From: the human T2T-CHM13v2.0 reference genome, Homo sapiens | DNA: 64,000 bases | Reading direction: 5' to 3' | NCBI GenBank assembly: GCA_009914755.4 | Contig: CP068257.2 | Location: 17,568,001 to 17,632,000 of the forward strand | Shown here: piece by piece, positions 28,386 through 40,672 of the stretch | Numbering within the stretch: the stretch's first letter is position 1 | How the letters are laid out: each line of letters starts with the position of its first letter | Notes under the pieces: model-generated | The model's database searches: none | The model's input: the letters and a program-made list of their open reading frames with translations, nothing else | Told to the model about the DNA's origin: nothing | Translations under genes and position numbers: made by a program

Positions 28386-31059
28386 TACATATAGCCTATT
28401 AGTTCTGCCCCTTTGGAGAACCCTGACTAACACCCGTTGTAGACATAAAATGTCAGACGATACAAGACATTGTAAAAGATAAAGTAAATGTTCAATTGCA
28501 TACCCGACCCAGACCACCACCCAACCCGATCCTTAAGAAATAGCAAATTTTAGAAGTATGATCCACCAGAATTAATTTATGTGCTTATGTTTTAAGACAA
28601 CAAATAAGCTAAAAGCCATCATTTTATACATTCTTTTGCCTGCTAATATTTTACCTATCTCTAAAGGATTCTACCTGGTCCATACACAGACATCATTTTC
28701 ATTTAACATTTTAATACTTTTGTCTTAATCATTTAAACTTTTAATTACATAGATATACTATAATATATTTAAGTTATCTCCTTAAAAGGGATATTTAATT
28801 TTCAATATCTTATTCATTGTACACTATACTAGTTTTTATATTCATTAACATACATTTTGTTCTTTATCAACGTTTCCCTGAAAGAAAAAAAGATCTAAGA
28901 CCATAATATTCTATTTGAAGAGAAAGCAAATGTATGTCTAAAAAGTGCCTTTCCTCAGCCTTGTTAAGACCACATTTCACTGTTTATTCAGTTCTCAATC
29001 TTTTTCAATAAAAATGTTTAAAAAATTATATATCAACGTTGTATGCATTTTCTTTTTTCAGGTAAACTTAAGAATAACCATGTTCCTTTAGTTTCTTCAG
29101 TAACAATATACATTTTTATGTATATATATATGTATATTTTCTTTGGCTAAAGGTTAGAAATGATTCAAATTATTAATTCTGTGAATAGACAAATATTAAG
29201 ATATTTACAGTACTTTCATTATTACTTAAAATGAATTAAAATACCCAGATAAATAGGCTGTGATGTTAATGGCAGAGGTATTGCTTTAAAAGTATTGCTT
29301 TACTATAAATATTTTTTAGGTACAGGCAGATCTGAAGGGCCTGAAAACTCTTATGGATTGTAAACACAAATCACAGGCTCTGGCCAAGGGTACAAGTAGT
29401 AAAATCTGTAACAGTTGATCCATTGATTCTGCCCAGTCAGCTGGAAATCAATTCTTTGTAAGTGAACATGGCTCTGAATTTATGAAGGAGCCTGAAGCCC
29501 TCAAAGAACAGAAGTCACTCTGCTGCTGAGGCCTATTCGAGGGTGGCATTATCTGGCAAGCAAGTTTGTTAGTATGGTTTTTTAAAAATGATAGTTAATA
29601 CACTTGACCTTCACTCCCTTTTACTCAAAATAGCAAGTTTTAAAATTATCTGCAAAACAGAAAATGATTCTCAGCCAAGAAAAGTGTACATTGATTAACT
29701 GTATACCGAATGTGTGCAATATGTCATGTGGGAAGTATTTTCAGAAATTAGAAAGCAGCATAAAAATGAACTCAAAATGGAAAAGTTCACCAAAAGTGCC
29801 AACTAGAACTCACATGTTTTCTAATGTCCAAGTATCAAAACCAAAACAAACAAAAAAACTAAGTTTCTAATTTAGGAGAAAAAAAGGAGCAGCGAAATTA
29901 TTTTTACATTATAAGTGCCACCTAATATATTGTCACAGTATTTTTATAGATATCCAGTTTGTATTTCTCAAAAATAAAAAACAAACTATATTATGATTCA
30001 TATATGCTATATAATAACATAGTTTACCTTGAGTTTATAAACTTTAAACAGAAAATTGTTCTTTAAAATTCCCTTAATTCAGTTCTTATTTAATTGGTTT
30101 TAACAAAGCTACATTTTGTAATAAATCCAACAATTCACCTTTATTTTATATGGACTAAACTATAATGATTAAATATGGTGACTTTATTCTTTAAATTATT
30201 TATCCCACCTGTAACAATCATAATGCTTCCTTATGTCATTCATGTTAATGGCCATATCTTTCTCTTTGAGTAACCATATCTCAATATAGGAAGCATCTCA
30301 CAGTTTGCTTCTATTTATGTCTCATTCACACCAAATTAGCATTGTGTATACCAGTCTCCCAAGGGAAAGAGGAAAAACATTCTGAGCAGATTTGAAAGTT
30401 AGTTATTTGGCACTATGTTCTAAAAACTTTGCTGACTTTTTGACATATGCCAGCCCATGTGTAGCTAATCCAGAATCCTCTTAGGTAATGCTACCTCCAT
30501 CCTTCTTTCACTTTAAAAACAAGTGGGCTTGAAAACATTTCACTAGTGGAGTATAGCACATCAAGGATCGGGCTCTTTCCTTCTCAATAACGTATTTTTT
30601 TAAAATCTAAAACACAGAAGGGATTGACCCTAAGATATATTTTTTAATATGTCATAAGAACGAGTAAGTTTGCTATGTCATAACATTTCTATAGAAAAAT
30701 AGACAAAAGCCCACCCAAAATGAAAAGGAAAAGATGTATTCAAATATCATCAGTGTGATTCATTTCAAAAGTTAAAGAAGGTCATGATACTAAGGGAGAG
30801 AAGCAATGTCCGGTCTTGCCTAAAGAAGATGATTATGAAAGGACCATTCCATTTTCCTCTCAGATAAAATGTGATACGTTGGGATTAGGTATTCATTTCT
30901 GTTTGATGTATGAACTTATTCAAAAAAGGTGTCAAATACAAAGCATTGGTGTCCAACAATATTATTTGGTTATCCCTTAAATTATCCTTTAAAATGTGCA
31001 AGAATATGGTATATTCCATTTTATATTATTTCTTACTTATACTATCAGTTGAAATTTAA

Positions 31060-31500
31060 TTTTTATTTTTAAAATTTTTCATTATTTTTGTGGATACGTA
31101 GCAGGTGTATATATTTATGTGGTACATGAGATATTTTGATACAGCCATACTATGTGTCATAATCACATCAGAGCCAATGTGGTATCCATAACTTTTAGCA
31201 TTTATCCTTTGTGTTACAAAGAATCCAGTTATACACTTTTGGTTACTTTAAGATGTACGATTAAATGGTTATTGACTATAGTCACCCTGTTTTCCTATCA
31301 AGTACTAGATCTTATTCATTATTTCTATTTATTTGTGCCCATTAACCTTTGCCAATTCCCCCCATCCCCTCACCAACTACCCTTAGAAGCTTCTGGTAAC
31401 CATCACTCTCTCTATCACCATGACTTTGTTTTAATGTTTAGCTCCCATAAATAAGTGAGAACATGTAAATTTTATTTTTCTGTGCCTTGCTTATTATGTT
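31060..31500 (+). mobile_element. L1 (L1P/L1MA-type) 3'UTR internal fragment
   Basis: gtggtacatgagatattttgatacagccatactatgtgtcataatcacatcagagccaatgtggtatccataacttttagcatttatcctttgtgttacaaa...gtcaccctgttttcctatcaagtactagatcttattcatt...agctcccataaataagtgagaacatgt. These are typical L1 3'UTR motifs. Confidence 0.6.
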
Positions 31501-33825
31501 AGAAATATGTTCGATTTATAAAGCTTTTATATGATGATGCAATATAAAAAGAGCCTATTAGTTAATTTTGTTATTGACAAGAAGATGGAAGATTCTTTCT
31601 AAAAAATATCATATGAAAACAAAAATGCCTGAACATTGGTAAAATAATGAATCCTTCTATCACAACACAATAGTAGAATTATTGTATTTACATCTTTAAA
31701 ATACAAATTTTATTGGTTAAAAATTTTATTTTCTTTACAAATCATTCCTTGATTCTTAACAGCCCCATCTTACTCTGTTTATTGTATTTTAATCTTTACT
31801 ATTGCTTTTAATTAGGTGACTAAGAGATCTGAATTCTAAAAGAATTTAGATTTAAAAGATATTTCAGCTCCAAAATGTGAAAGCATTTTGTTTAAATCTT
31901 AATTGCATCTTTTAATTTAATATTCAATTATAATACTATTATAAGGTCAAATTGAGTGGAGATTGTCTAACTTTATTAACATCGGCATAATTGCTAAAAG
32001 GATAGAATTTTCAGAGGTCATCTGATTCTTGTTCAGGATCATTTCTTATCGATTGACCAGGAAATGGAACAGTTTGAGGTTTTCCTCTAATTATTTAAAG
32101 CCATCTTCACTTATCTCATTATATATTTATAATGTTTCAAACTAATCATGATGATTATATCTTTATAAAGGTTACTGTAAGGGATTCAGCCTTCACTATA
32201 AAAAAAAACTGCTGCAATTTCTTCAAAACATTAAATAATAGAAAGTGTAGCCACTGATTTGGAAAACCTGCATGTAAATAAGAGATCATCTGTTAATAAT
32301 TTTAGTAATAATTTAGAACAATTTGTATACTTATGCTCATAGTTCCATAAACCACATATTGTGGTTTTCTGGGAAGTAATATGGTGCTATATAATATGAA
32401 GATATCGTTACTCTTATGCAAAATGCAATATTAAAGCTTCTACTCAAGAAGTTTACACTTTCCATAGGTGCAAGTGTAGTTATACATTTGCATATTTAGT
32501 TTGCATTGGAAATTACAGGGATCATTTTAAAGAAGTAATGTTGGATTAATTTTTATGCAGTTGTACTTTTTGGAAATAAAATTGTATTAATAATACCAAA
32601 TGGTGCTTTTTTTGTTTGTTTTTAAATGGCAAAATCCCCAACCAACCTGCTCTGGTAGCTCCTAATGTATTTCAGGTAGATCCCCACAGCTCTTTGGAAT
32701 GCGAGGCTAGAGGTCATTTAAATGAAATTTCATATAGAGACATATGTAAAAGCATTTCACTTAATTAGAAAGCATTATAAAATATATGTTCAAGCATTAT
32801 TAAAGGAAATCGATTTCTGGATAAATAAGAATTTTAGTGAAATTGAATAGTATTCACATATACTGCCTGCTTGTTTCTGCTTTATTATTTTCTAACAAAT
32901 AGAATCCACATAAAAATGTTGTATCTTAATTAAATATTTGAAGGTCAATGTTAAACTTATTTTTACTTTTACCAAAAAGTACATTTTACATATGACTATG
33001 TAATTAGGTATTTTTCTGAAATTGTCAGGAAGTACTGTGAGTAAAAGTGTAACTTCTGTGACCACGAAATAAATTTTGTTTTATGACAGTTTTTATTGAA
33101 TATGACTACAGCTAATGAAGTATTCATAAAATTATAGGTTTGGGAAAGACCTTGAGAATACAATTAGTCTATCTCCTTTCCTGATCACTTTAAGACACTT
33201 TATTATTCCATTTCATTCTGAGAACTACAGGGAAGATAATTTTATAAAATCTTTCTGTGATAATACATTTCAAGTCTTTTAAAGCAATGTGACAGTTCTC
33301 TTTTTTCAGAGGTCTGCTGCTCTGAACTATGTTTTATCTTTTAAAAGTGGCTGAAGATAATAATTTGTACCTACGAAAGTAGAATTTTCTTTTTTCCCTA
33401 TATTTACCTTTTACTTTTTTATTTATGATGAAAATACACATTCAAAAGGTAATCCTCCTCTTGAATATTTTTTCTGCTTTCATCTTAGTACCAGTAATGT
33501 CATCTCTTAAGTGATTCTTCTACCATTAAATAGATAATTTCATTTTTTTTAATGTCAGACTCTTTTGCAATTTTTAGCTGGAATAGATGTTGATTCAAAT
33601 TACTACTATAAGTTTCAAGGCCTTTTCACAGAATGATGTGTTAAAGCCAGCAACACAAGAAAAATGTAGAGGATCCAAGAGTTGATGCATAAGAACAAGC
33701 AGTCATATAAGCCATAGTGTTCATAGAAACCAGAGTGCCTTTAATGATCCGGAAAAAGTCTGTAATTGTTAATACTAGTACCTCATATTCCAAGGCACAA
33801 CCTGACACAGAAGAGACTCGCAGAT

Positions 33826-34123
33826 TTTTTTTTTTTTCTTTTAAGAGACAGGGTCCCGCTCCAACACCCAGGCTGCAGTGCAGCAACATGATCATAGTTC
33901 ACTGCAACCCTGAACTCCTGGGCTCAAGCAATCCTCCCACTTCAGCCTACCGAGTATCTGGCACTACAGGTGTGTGCCACCATGCCCAGATAATACTTTT
34001 TGTAGATACGGGGTCTCACTTGTGTTGCCTAGGTAGGTCTTGAACTCCTGGCCAAAAGTTATCTTCTGGACTTGGCTTCCAAAAGTTCTGGAATTGCAGG
34101 CATGAGGCACCATGCTCGGCCAG
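33826..34123 (-). mobile_element. Old Alu (AluJ-like), minus orientation
   Basis: (t)12cttttaagagacagggtcccgctccaacacccaggctgcagtgcagc...ggaattgcaggcatgaggcaccatgctcggcc. It is highly diverged and has lost its CpGs. Confidence 0.9.
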
Positions 34124-36094
34124 GAACTCAGAATTGATTGATGTCCATGTCTATAATTTTTGGCAAAACTGAAATCCAGAGATGAAGTACCTCTATACAA
34201 AAGCGGGTACAAAGCAAAAACACATACATTTCTCCCTATATGCAAAAAAATAATAAAACTTCATTGTGACTTTCTTATCACTCTTAAAACTGAGGTTTCT
34301 AACACATACTTTACTCGAAACTCTATCTAGATTTCCATTTTGTTCCCAGTTCTTTGCTACTCTGTGCCCATATTTCATCAATGATTATGTACTGGCATTA
34401 TTTTCATTTTATCACTTTGAGAACACGAACTTAGGTTTATCTTTTAATTTTAATGTTTAATTTACAGGCCGTGAAAAAAGTACTTCTAGTTACGATTATA
34501 AAGAAAAATGAGAAAAGTAGGTAGCATGGATTTTTATACAAACTGTTTTTAACCTTTTTTAAAATAATTACCAGGCTCAAAGTGTGCTGATAAACTCTTT
34601 GGTATCCATCTCAGGAAAAAGAATTCATAGTAGCTGGATCACAAAGACTCTGTATCTAGTTTTACTTTCTTGATTGAATCAAAGAACAAGTCAAAAAATT
34701 GTTCAGAACACAACATTTTGATGTTATTAATTCAACAATAAAGTAAGAGTTTTACAAACTGCTGAAAGATAGGAACATTTGTGATTCCTGACCAGAGAGT
34801 AAAGATAAAGTTAGAAATTATGTAGCCTTCTGTAAAGGTTGCTTGGTTCATAAAGGCTAAAAAGACGAGGTGCTCTTAGAAGAAGTAGAAACTCTTCAAG
34901 GGAAACTGAGCTCTCTGTAAAGCAAGCAAAGGACAAATTCCTATGGAATCATTGTGTAAGAAAGAAAAGATTAGAACGAGAAATTTCAAAAGTATTACTT
35001 GACTGAGTGAATAATGTAGCGACAACACAATATTCCATCATAAAAATTTCTTCAGAGGCCTATATTAATGCAGCCCATTAATCCTTGGAATTCTTGGATA
35101 ATATATATTTCAAACATTCCCTGGTTGTCTGGTAGTTAGGGTTAGGCACTCTCCATATATATTTTTTCTCCTTTTATAAAAATAAATATAAAACTCATAA
35201 CAGACAAAGAGAAAATTGGAAAGAAGTTGATAAAATTCATCTCCAAAGAAAAAATGAAAATAACATAATTTGATATTTAAAAAAATCTAAAATACATTAT
35301 ACTTAACAACAATAGATAGAATCATGAAGGAGTCTTATTTGGGAGCTCATTAAGGCTAATTTAAATTTTAATAAGACAAGTGTTATTGCCAATCTGAGGT
35401 GTATAAATTTGTTAATTTCTATCATTAATTCTATTATTATCCTTCTCAAATTAATTCAGAGCTTAAAAATCATGTTACTATCTATGTAGTTACCTTTCCC
35501 TTTATTCTTCTAAGGCTGCATTGAGTTTATCAGAGAAAAGAATACCAAGGAATATTAATTAGTTATCTTGTTGTGTAGAATTTATTTAAAATTATAGCGC
35601 TTAAAACTTAGTTATAAATCCTAATATATTGCTATTACAGACATAAATTGTATTGGTGCTATCGTAATAAAAAAGCCATATGATATGAGATGTTAAAAAT
35701 AATTATTCATATTTGAAATAGAAGCCCTATATTTTAAAATGTTACAAAGAATAGACAAGAATACCATTCTAAATCCTTATATTTGTTTTCACTGATAGAT
35801 TATTCTTAGCTCCTTAGAGAGGTCATGGCCTCCAGGCATTTAATCTGTGGTTGAGAGATATTAACCTCTCTTTAACATTTTCACTGTAAGCTGCATAACA
35901 ATAAATTCATTTCCAGAAAGGAATAATTAGTGCAAACCTGGGTAAAATACCATCCAAAGTAGCTGTTAATGTTAATTTCTACATCTCATTATTTATTTTT
36001 GTGTGTTTTCTTAGGGAAGGGAAAAAATTATGTAAACACAGACAGACCCCTTCCTTTTTTGTATCATTATTCAGGCACGTGTCAAAAACCTTTC

Positions 36095-36176
36095 TACCAC
36101 CACATTCTGGCTGTGCAACTTTGATTAAGTCGCTTAACGTCTCTGAGCCTTAGTTCCTCATCTCCATGTGGGAAAG
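36095..36176 (+). mobile_element. MIR (mammalian-wide interspersed repeat) core fragment, immediately 5' of the retrocopy
   Basis: ctgtgcaactttgattaagtcgcttaacgtctctgagccttagttcctcatctccatgtgggaaag. Compare the MIR core ctgtgtgaccttgggcaagttacttaacctctctgagcctcagtttcctcatctgtaaaatgggg. Confidence 0.6.
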
Positions 36177-38020
36177 CGAAGAGATGGTCACCAAGGAGAA
36201 GCTGCAGTGTCTGAAAGATTTCCACAAGGACATCCTGAAGCCCTCGCTGGGGAAGAGCCAGAGAGCGCGGTCTGAGGACAAGGCCGAGGGAAAACCTCCG
36301 CAGAGGCAGAAGTGGTCTCGTCTAGCAAGATCGACTTGGTGATCTCCGTGGCTGGCGGCTTCGTGGGCCTGGTCAACGTCTGGCGCTTCCCATACCTCTG
36401 ATACAATAATGGTAAGGTGAATTTCTCATACTTTCCTGTTTGGAGCGGCCTGCCTGTGTTTTTCTTGGAGATCATCACAGGCCAGTACACCTCTGAAGGG
36501 GGCATCACATACTGGGAGAAGATCTGGCACTTGTTCTCTGGCATCGGCTCTGCCTCCATCGTAATTGTGCCCTTCCCGAACGTCCACTACATCGTCATCG
36601 TGGCCTGGGCTACAGACTACCTGTTCCAGTCCTTCCAGAAGGAGCTGCCCAGGGCACACTGCAACCACAGCTGGAACACGCCCCCCTGCATGGAGGACAC
36701 CATGCGCACGAACGAGAGTGTCTGGATCACCATCAGCTCCACCAACCTTACCTCCCCTGTCACTGAGTTCTAGGGGCGCAACGTGCTGAGCTTGTCCCCT
36801 GGAATCGACCATCCGGGCTCTTTGAAATGGGACCTCTCTCTCTGTCTTCTCTTTGTCTGGCTAGCCTGTTTCTTCTGCATCTAGAAGGATGTCAGGTCCA
36901 CGGGGAAGGTCGTCTACTTCACAGCCACGTTCCAGTTCGCCATGCTCCTGAGGCAGCTGGTCCGAGGGCTGATGCTGCCCGGCATGGGTGCCGGCATCAA
37001 TTTTTCTCTGTATCCAGACATCACCTGCCTCGAGGGCGCACAGGTGTGTATTGACGCTACGACCCAGATATTCTTCTCCTAGGCCATCTGCCTGGGGGCC
37101 GTGACCTCTCTACGGAGCTACAACAAGTACAAGTACAACTCGTACAGGGACTGCATGCTGCCTGGATGCCTGAACAGTGGTACCAGTTTTGTGTCTGGCT
37201 TTGCAATTTTTTCCATCCTGGACTTCATGGCACGAAAGCAAGGGGTGGCCATTGCTGACGTGTCTGAGTCAGGCCTGGCCTGGTCTTCGTTGCCTACCCC
37301 AAAGCTGTGACAATGATGCCACTGCCCACGTTTTCGGTCCCTTTTTGTTGTTGTTGTTGTTGTGCTTCTCTTGCTTGGACTGGATGACCAGTTTGTTGAA
37401 GTCGAAGGGGAGATCACGTCCTTGGTTGATCTTTACCCATCCTTCCTAAGGAAAGGTTATTGTCGGGAAATCTGCACCGCCTTCGTGTGTAGCATCAGCT
37501 GCCTGCTGGGGCTGACAATGGTAACGGAGGTTGGCGTCTATGTCTTTGACTACTACGCAGCTAGCGGTGTATGCCTTTTAGGGGCTGCGTTCTTTGACTG
37601 TATAGTTACTGCCTGGATATATGGTGTTGATAATATTTATGACAGTATTGAGAACGTGATCGGCTATCGGGCCGGGCCCTGGATGAAGTACAGCTGGGCT
37701 GTGATCACTCCATTTCTCTGTGTTGGATGTTTTGTCTTCTCGATCGTCAAGTACACACCCCTGACTTAACAACGAAACCTACGTGGACACCATCTGCACC
37801 ATCGGGCTGGGCTGGAGCCTGGCCCTTTCCTCCAGGTTGTGGGTTCCCTTGGTCATCGTCATCCGCCTCTGCCAGACCGAGGGACTGTTTCTCGTGAGAG
37901 TCAAGTAACTGCTGACCCTCAGGGAACCCAACCGCAGGGCTGTGGGGCGCGAGGGAGCCACACCCTACAGCTCCCGCTCCGTCATGAGCGGCGCTCTCAT
38001 GAAACCGACCCACATCATTG
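36175..38020 (+). pseudogene. SLC6A6P1: Processed (intronless) pseudogene of the Na+/Cl--dependent taurine transporter SLC6A6 (TauT). It covers almost the whole CDS from the ATG at 36184 to within a few codons of the stop. It is disabled by in-frame stops (TGA 36399-36401, TAG 36771-36773, TAG 36882-36884, TAG 37081-37083), an apparent 5-nt insertion near 36318-36322, several small deletions, and a GTT-repeat expansion at 37346-37363.
   Basis: The translation reads [24 protein letters not shown]...[15 protein letters not shown] / ...[22 protein letters not shown]... / [34 protein letters not shown] / ...[82 protein letters not shown]... / ...[39 protein letters not shown]... / ...[31 protein letters not shown] / ...[21 protein letters not shown] / ...[35 protein letters not shown] / ...HIIG. 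This is collinear with human TauT ([77 protein letters not shown]...THIIVETMM) with no introns across about 14 parental coding exons. The gene symbol is my best guess for the locus and is not verified. Confidence 0.9.
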
Positions 38021-38029
38021 GGGGTAGGA

Positions 38030-40672
38030 AATGCTTTCTTTAAACTATTATTCTCTGGGTTCTTGTTTCTCTGCTTCATTGTTTTAGAGTTTACCTTTCA
38101 TATTAAAGTATTTACCCAAGTATGTGGGGACTTTTTATTTCTTTTCTTTGCAAGAATTATTTTTTTAATTACACTATTTGTAATAGAAAAGTTGAAACAT
38201 ACACAAAAGTAAAGGTACTATTATGATCAGTATGTATTCAGTATTTTGGTCAATCTTTCTTAATATAATTTTGTATATCTATATATAGATATATAGGTAC
38301 ATTATTTTGCTAGATTATTTTAAAGCAAATCTTACATAGCTTGCCTTTTCACCCAACAGTAATTTGGTATGCTTCATTAACTTTAATATTTTGATTTTAC
38401 ATTACCACCATGTCTTTAATAACTCAACAATATTCGTTACATTTTAATAATATTTTATACCCAGCCAAAATTTACATGTTTCTTATTGTTCTAAATGTTA
38501 TTTTAATTTTGCTTGCTTGAATTAGGATGCAAAGTTCACACACTGCATATTTGTTTACTTATTTTTAAAGAGGGAGTCATAATTTGGTACTCCTATGTCA
38601 TAAATAAAAAGTCAATAGGAGTAATTGAGTTACTCGTTTTCAATATTGGCAATTTGATGATTATATTCCTTTTAAAGTCGTATAACTATGGTTGGATACA
38701 TTGAGAGAGTTCATTTTCTCCTACTCATCAGTGTGTGTATGGATCTCTTTAGCAACATATCCAAAAAATTATAATCACCCTTCTGCTTAAACAATTCCAG
38801 GGACAAGAATTTCACCATTTCCAAGGATATCAAATATCACAGTATTTGATATGTTGAATCATTAGACTTTGTTCTCATGTGGAAAAAACATAATTCCACA
38901 TGGAATACATTGTTACTCTTCAATGATATATAGGATTATATATACTGATTCTACCAATTCTACATGAAATATGACACATTATTTTTTAAATATGCAGACT
39001 TTATGTTTTAGAGCAGTTTTATGTATCACCTTACTCCCCTCTTCCAGCATGCACTGACATGGTATATTTGTTACAATTGATGAATCAATATTGGTACATT
39101 GTTGTAAAAGCCCACACTTTTCATTGGGGTTCACTCCTTGTGTTGTACATTTTATGGGTTTCCACAAATGTACAGTTGCATGTATCCATTATAACATTGT
39201 CATTAAGTACAGTTTCAATGCCTTAAAATCCCTGCCCATTGCCTGTTCATCCCTCCCTCCCTTTAATAAAATCCCTGGAAACCACTGATGTTTGAATGTC
39301 TTTTATGCTTTGCCTTTTCCAAAATATCATGTAGTTGAAATCACACAGTATGTTTTATTTTCAGATTGGCTTTTTTGTTTACTTAGCATGGAAGGTGCCT
39401 CTGTGACTTTCAATGGCTTAATAGCTCCTTTTTATCACTGAAAAATAATTTATTGTGTGGATAAAACAAAGTTTTTTATCCATTTACCTCTTGAAGAACA
39501 TCTTGGTTCTGTCTAATTTGTGGCAATTAAGAAAAAGCAGCTATAAGCATTTGTATGTAGGTTTTTAGCTGGTCATAGTTTTTCATCTTATCTGGATAAG
39601 TACCAAGGAAGGCACTTGCTGGATCATATTGGTGAGAACTTTGTATGAAGTTTTTTGTGAGCTTTGTGTGAATCTGCCAAACTAACTTCCAAGGTGGTTG
39701 TACAAGTTTGCATTCCTACCAGAAAAGAAAAGGAAACAAAACAAAACACAAACAAAAAACAAAGAAAAATACCCGAGTGTTTGCTCCATATGCATGTCTT
39801 GTCAAAATTTGATGTTGACAGTGTTTTGAAGTTTAGGTATTCTAATGTGTAATGATATCTTGTTGGTTTAATTTGTATTTTCCATATGTATGACATATGA
39901 TACAGAGCAACTTCTCATATGCTTATTTTTCATCTGTATCTTTTTTGATGAGGTGTTTGTTCTGATTATTTTCCAGATTTTTAATTGAATTGTTTGTATT
40001 TTTATTGCCATTGTTGTTGAGTTTCAATAGTTATTTGTCTATTTTGGATATCAGTCCTTTATCTGGTACATGTTTTGCAAAGATTTTTCTCCCATTCTGA
40101 GATTTGGTTTTTCATTCTCTCAACAGTATCTTTCACAGAGTAGAAAATTTTATTTTTAATGTGGTCCAAATTTACATTTTTTTTTCCTTTTTATGGATGG
40201 TGCTTTTGTGGTTGCATCAAAAAACATTTGCCAAAACCAGTCACTTAGATTTTCTCCCATGTTATCTTCTAGAAGTTTTTTTTTTTAATTCTACATCTAG
40301 ATTCATGAACCATTTTGAGTTAACTTTTATGAAAATCATAATTTTTGTCTTTTGCTTCATTTATTTGTATGTATAAGTTCGATTTTTCTTGTGCCATTTG
40401 TTGAAAAGGCTATCCTCTCTCTTTTCATTTGCCTTTCCCTCTTTTGTAAAAGATTATTTATTTATATTTGTATGGGTCTATTTTGGGGCTCCTTATTCTG
40501 TTCCTCTGAAGTATATGCCCAGTTTCTTCACCAGTGCCACGTGGTTTTGATTACAATTGCTGTATAGTAAGTCTTGAAATAGGGTAATGTCAGTCATCCA
40601 ACTTTGCTCTTTTTCATTGATATTGTGTTTTCTATTCTGAGATTTTTGCCTTTCCATTGCAACTCATTTCTC
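38030..40672 (-). mobile_element. Old L1 (L1M/L1P-type), minus orientation: 3'UTR through the C-terminal third of ORF2. Its 3'-proximal end abuts the truncated SLC6A6 retrocopy.
   Basis: The reverse complement shows L1 motifs (ctggtaggaatgcaaacttgtacaaccaccttggaagttagtttggcagattcacacaaagctcac; ...ttctcatatgcttatttttcatctgtatcttttttgatgaggtgtttgttc; ...ctgtatagtaagtcttgaaatagggtaatgtcagtcatccaactttgctctttttcattgatattgtgttttctattctg). Confidence 0.65.

Noticed and set aside
36188-38079. Several 100-135-aa ORFs on both strands within and around the SLC6A6 retrocopy (for example 36426..36812(-), 37362..37769(+), 37747..38079(-))
   Set aside because: The plus-strand ones are surviving in-frame pieces of the disabled TauT reading frame between stops. 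The antisense ones are the usual stop-poor artefacts of a 55% GC segment. None constitutes an intact gene.
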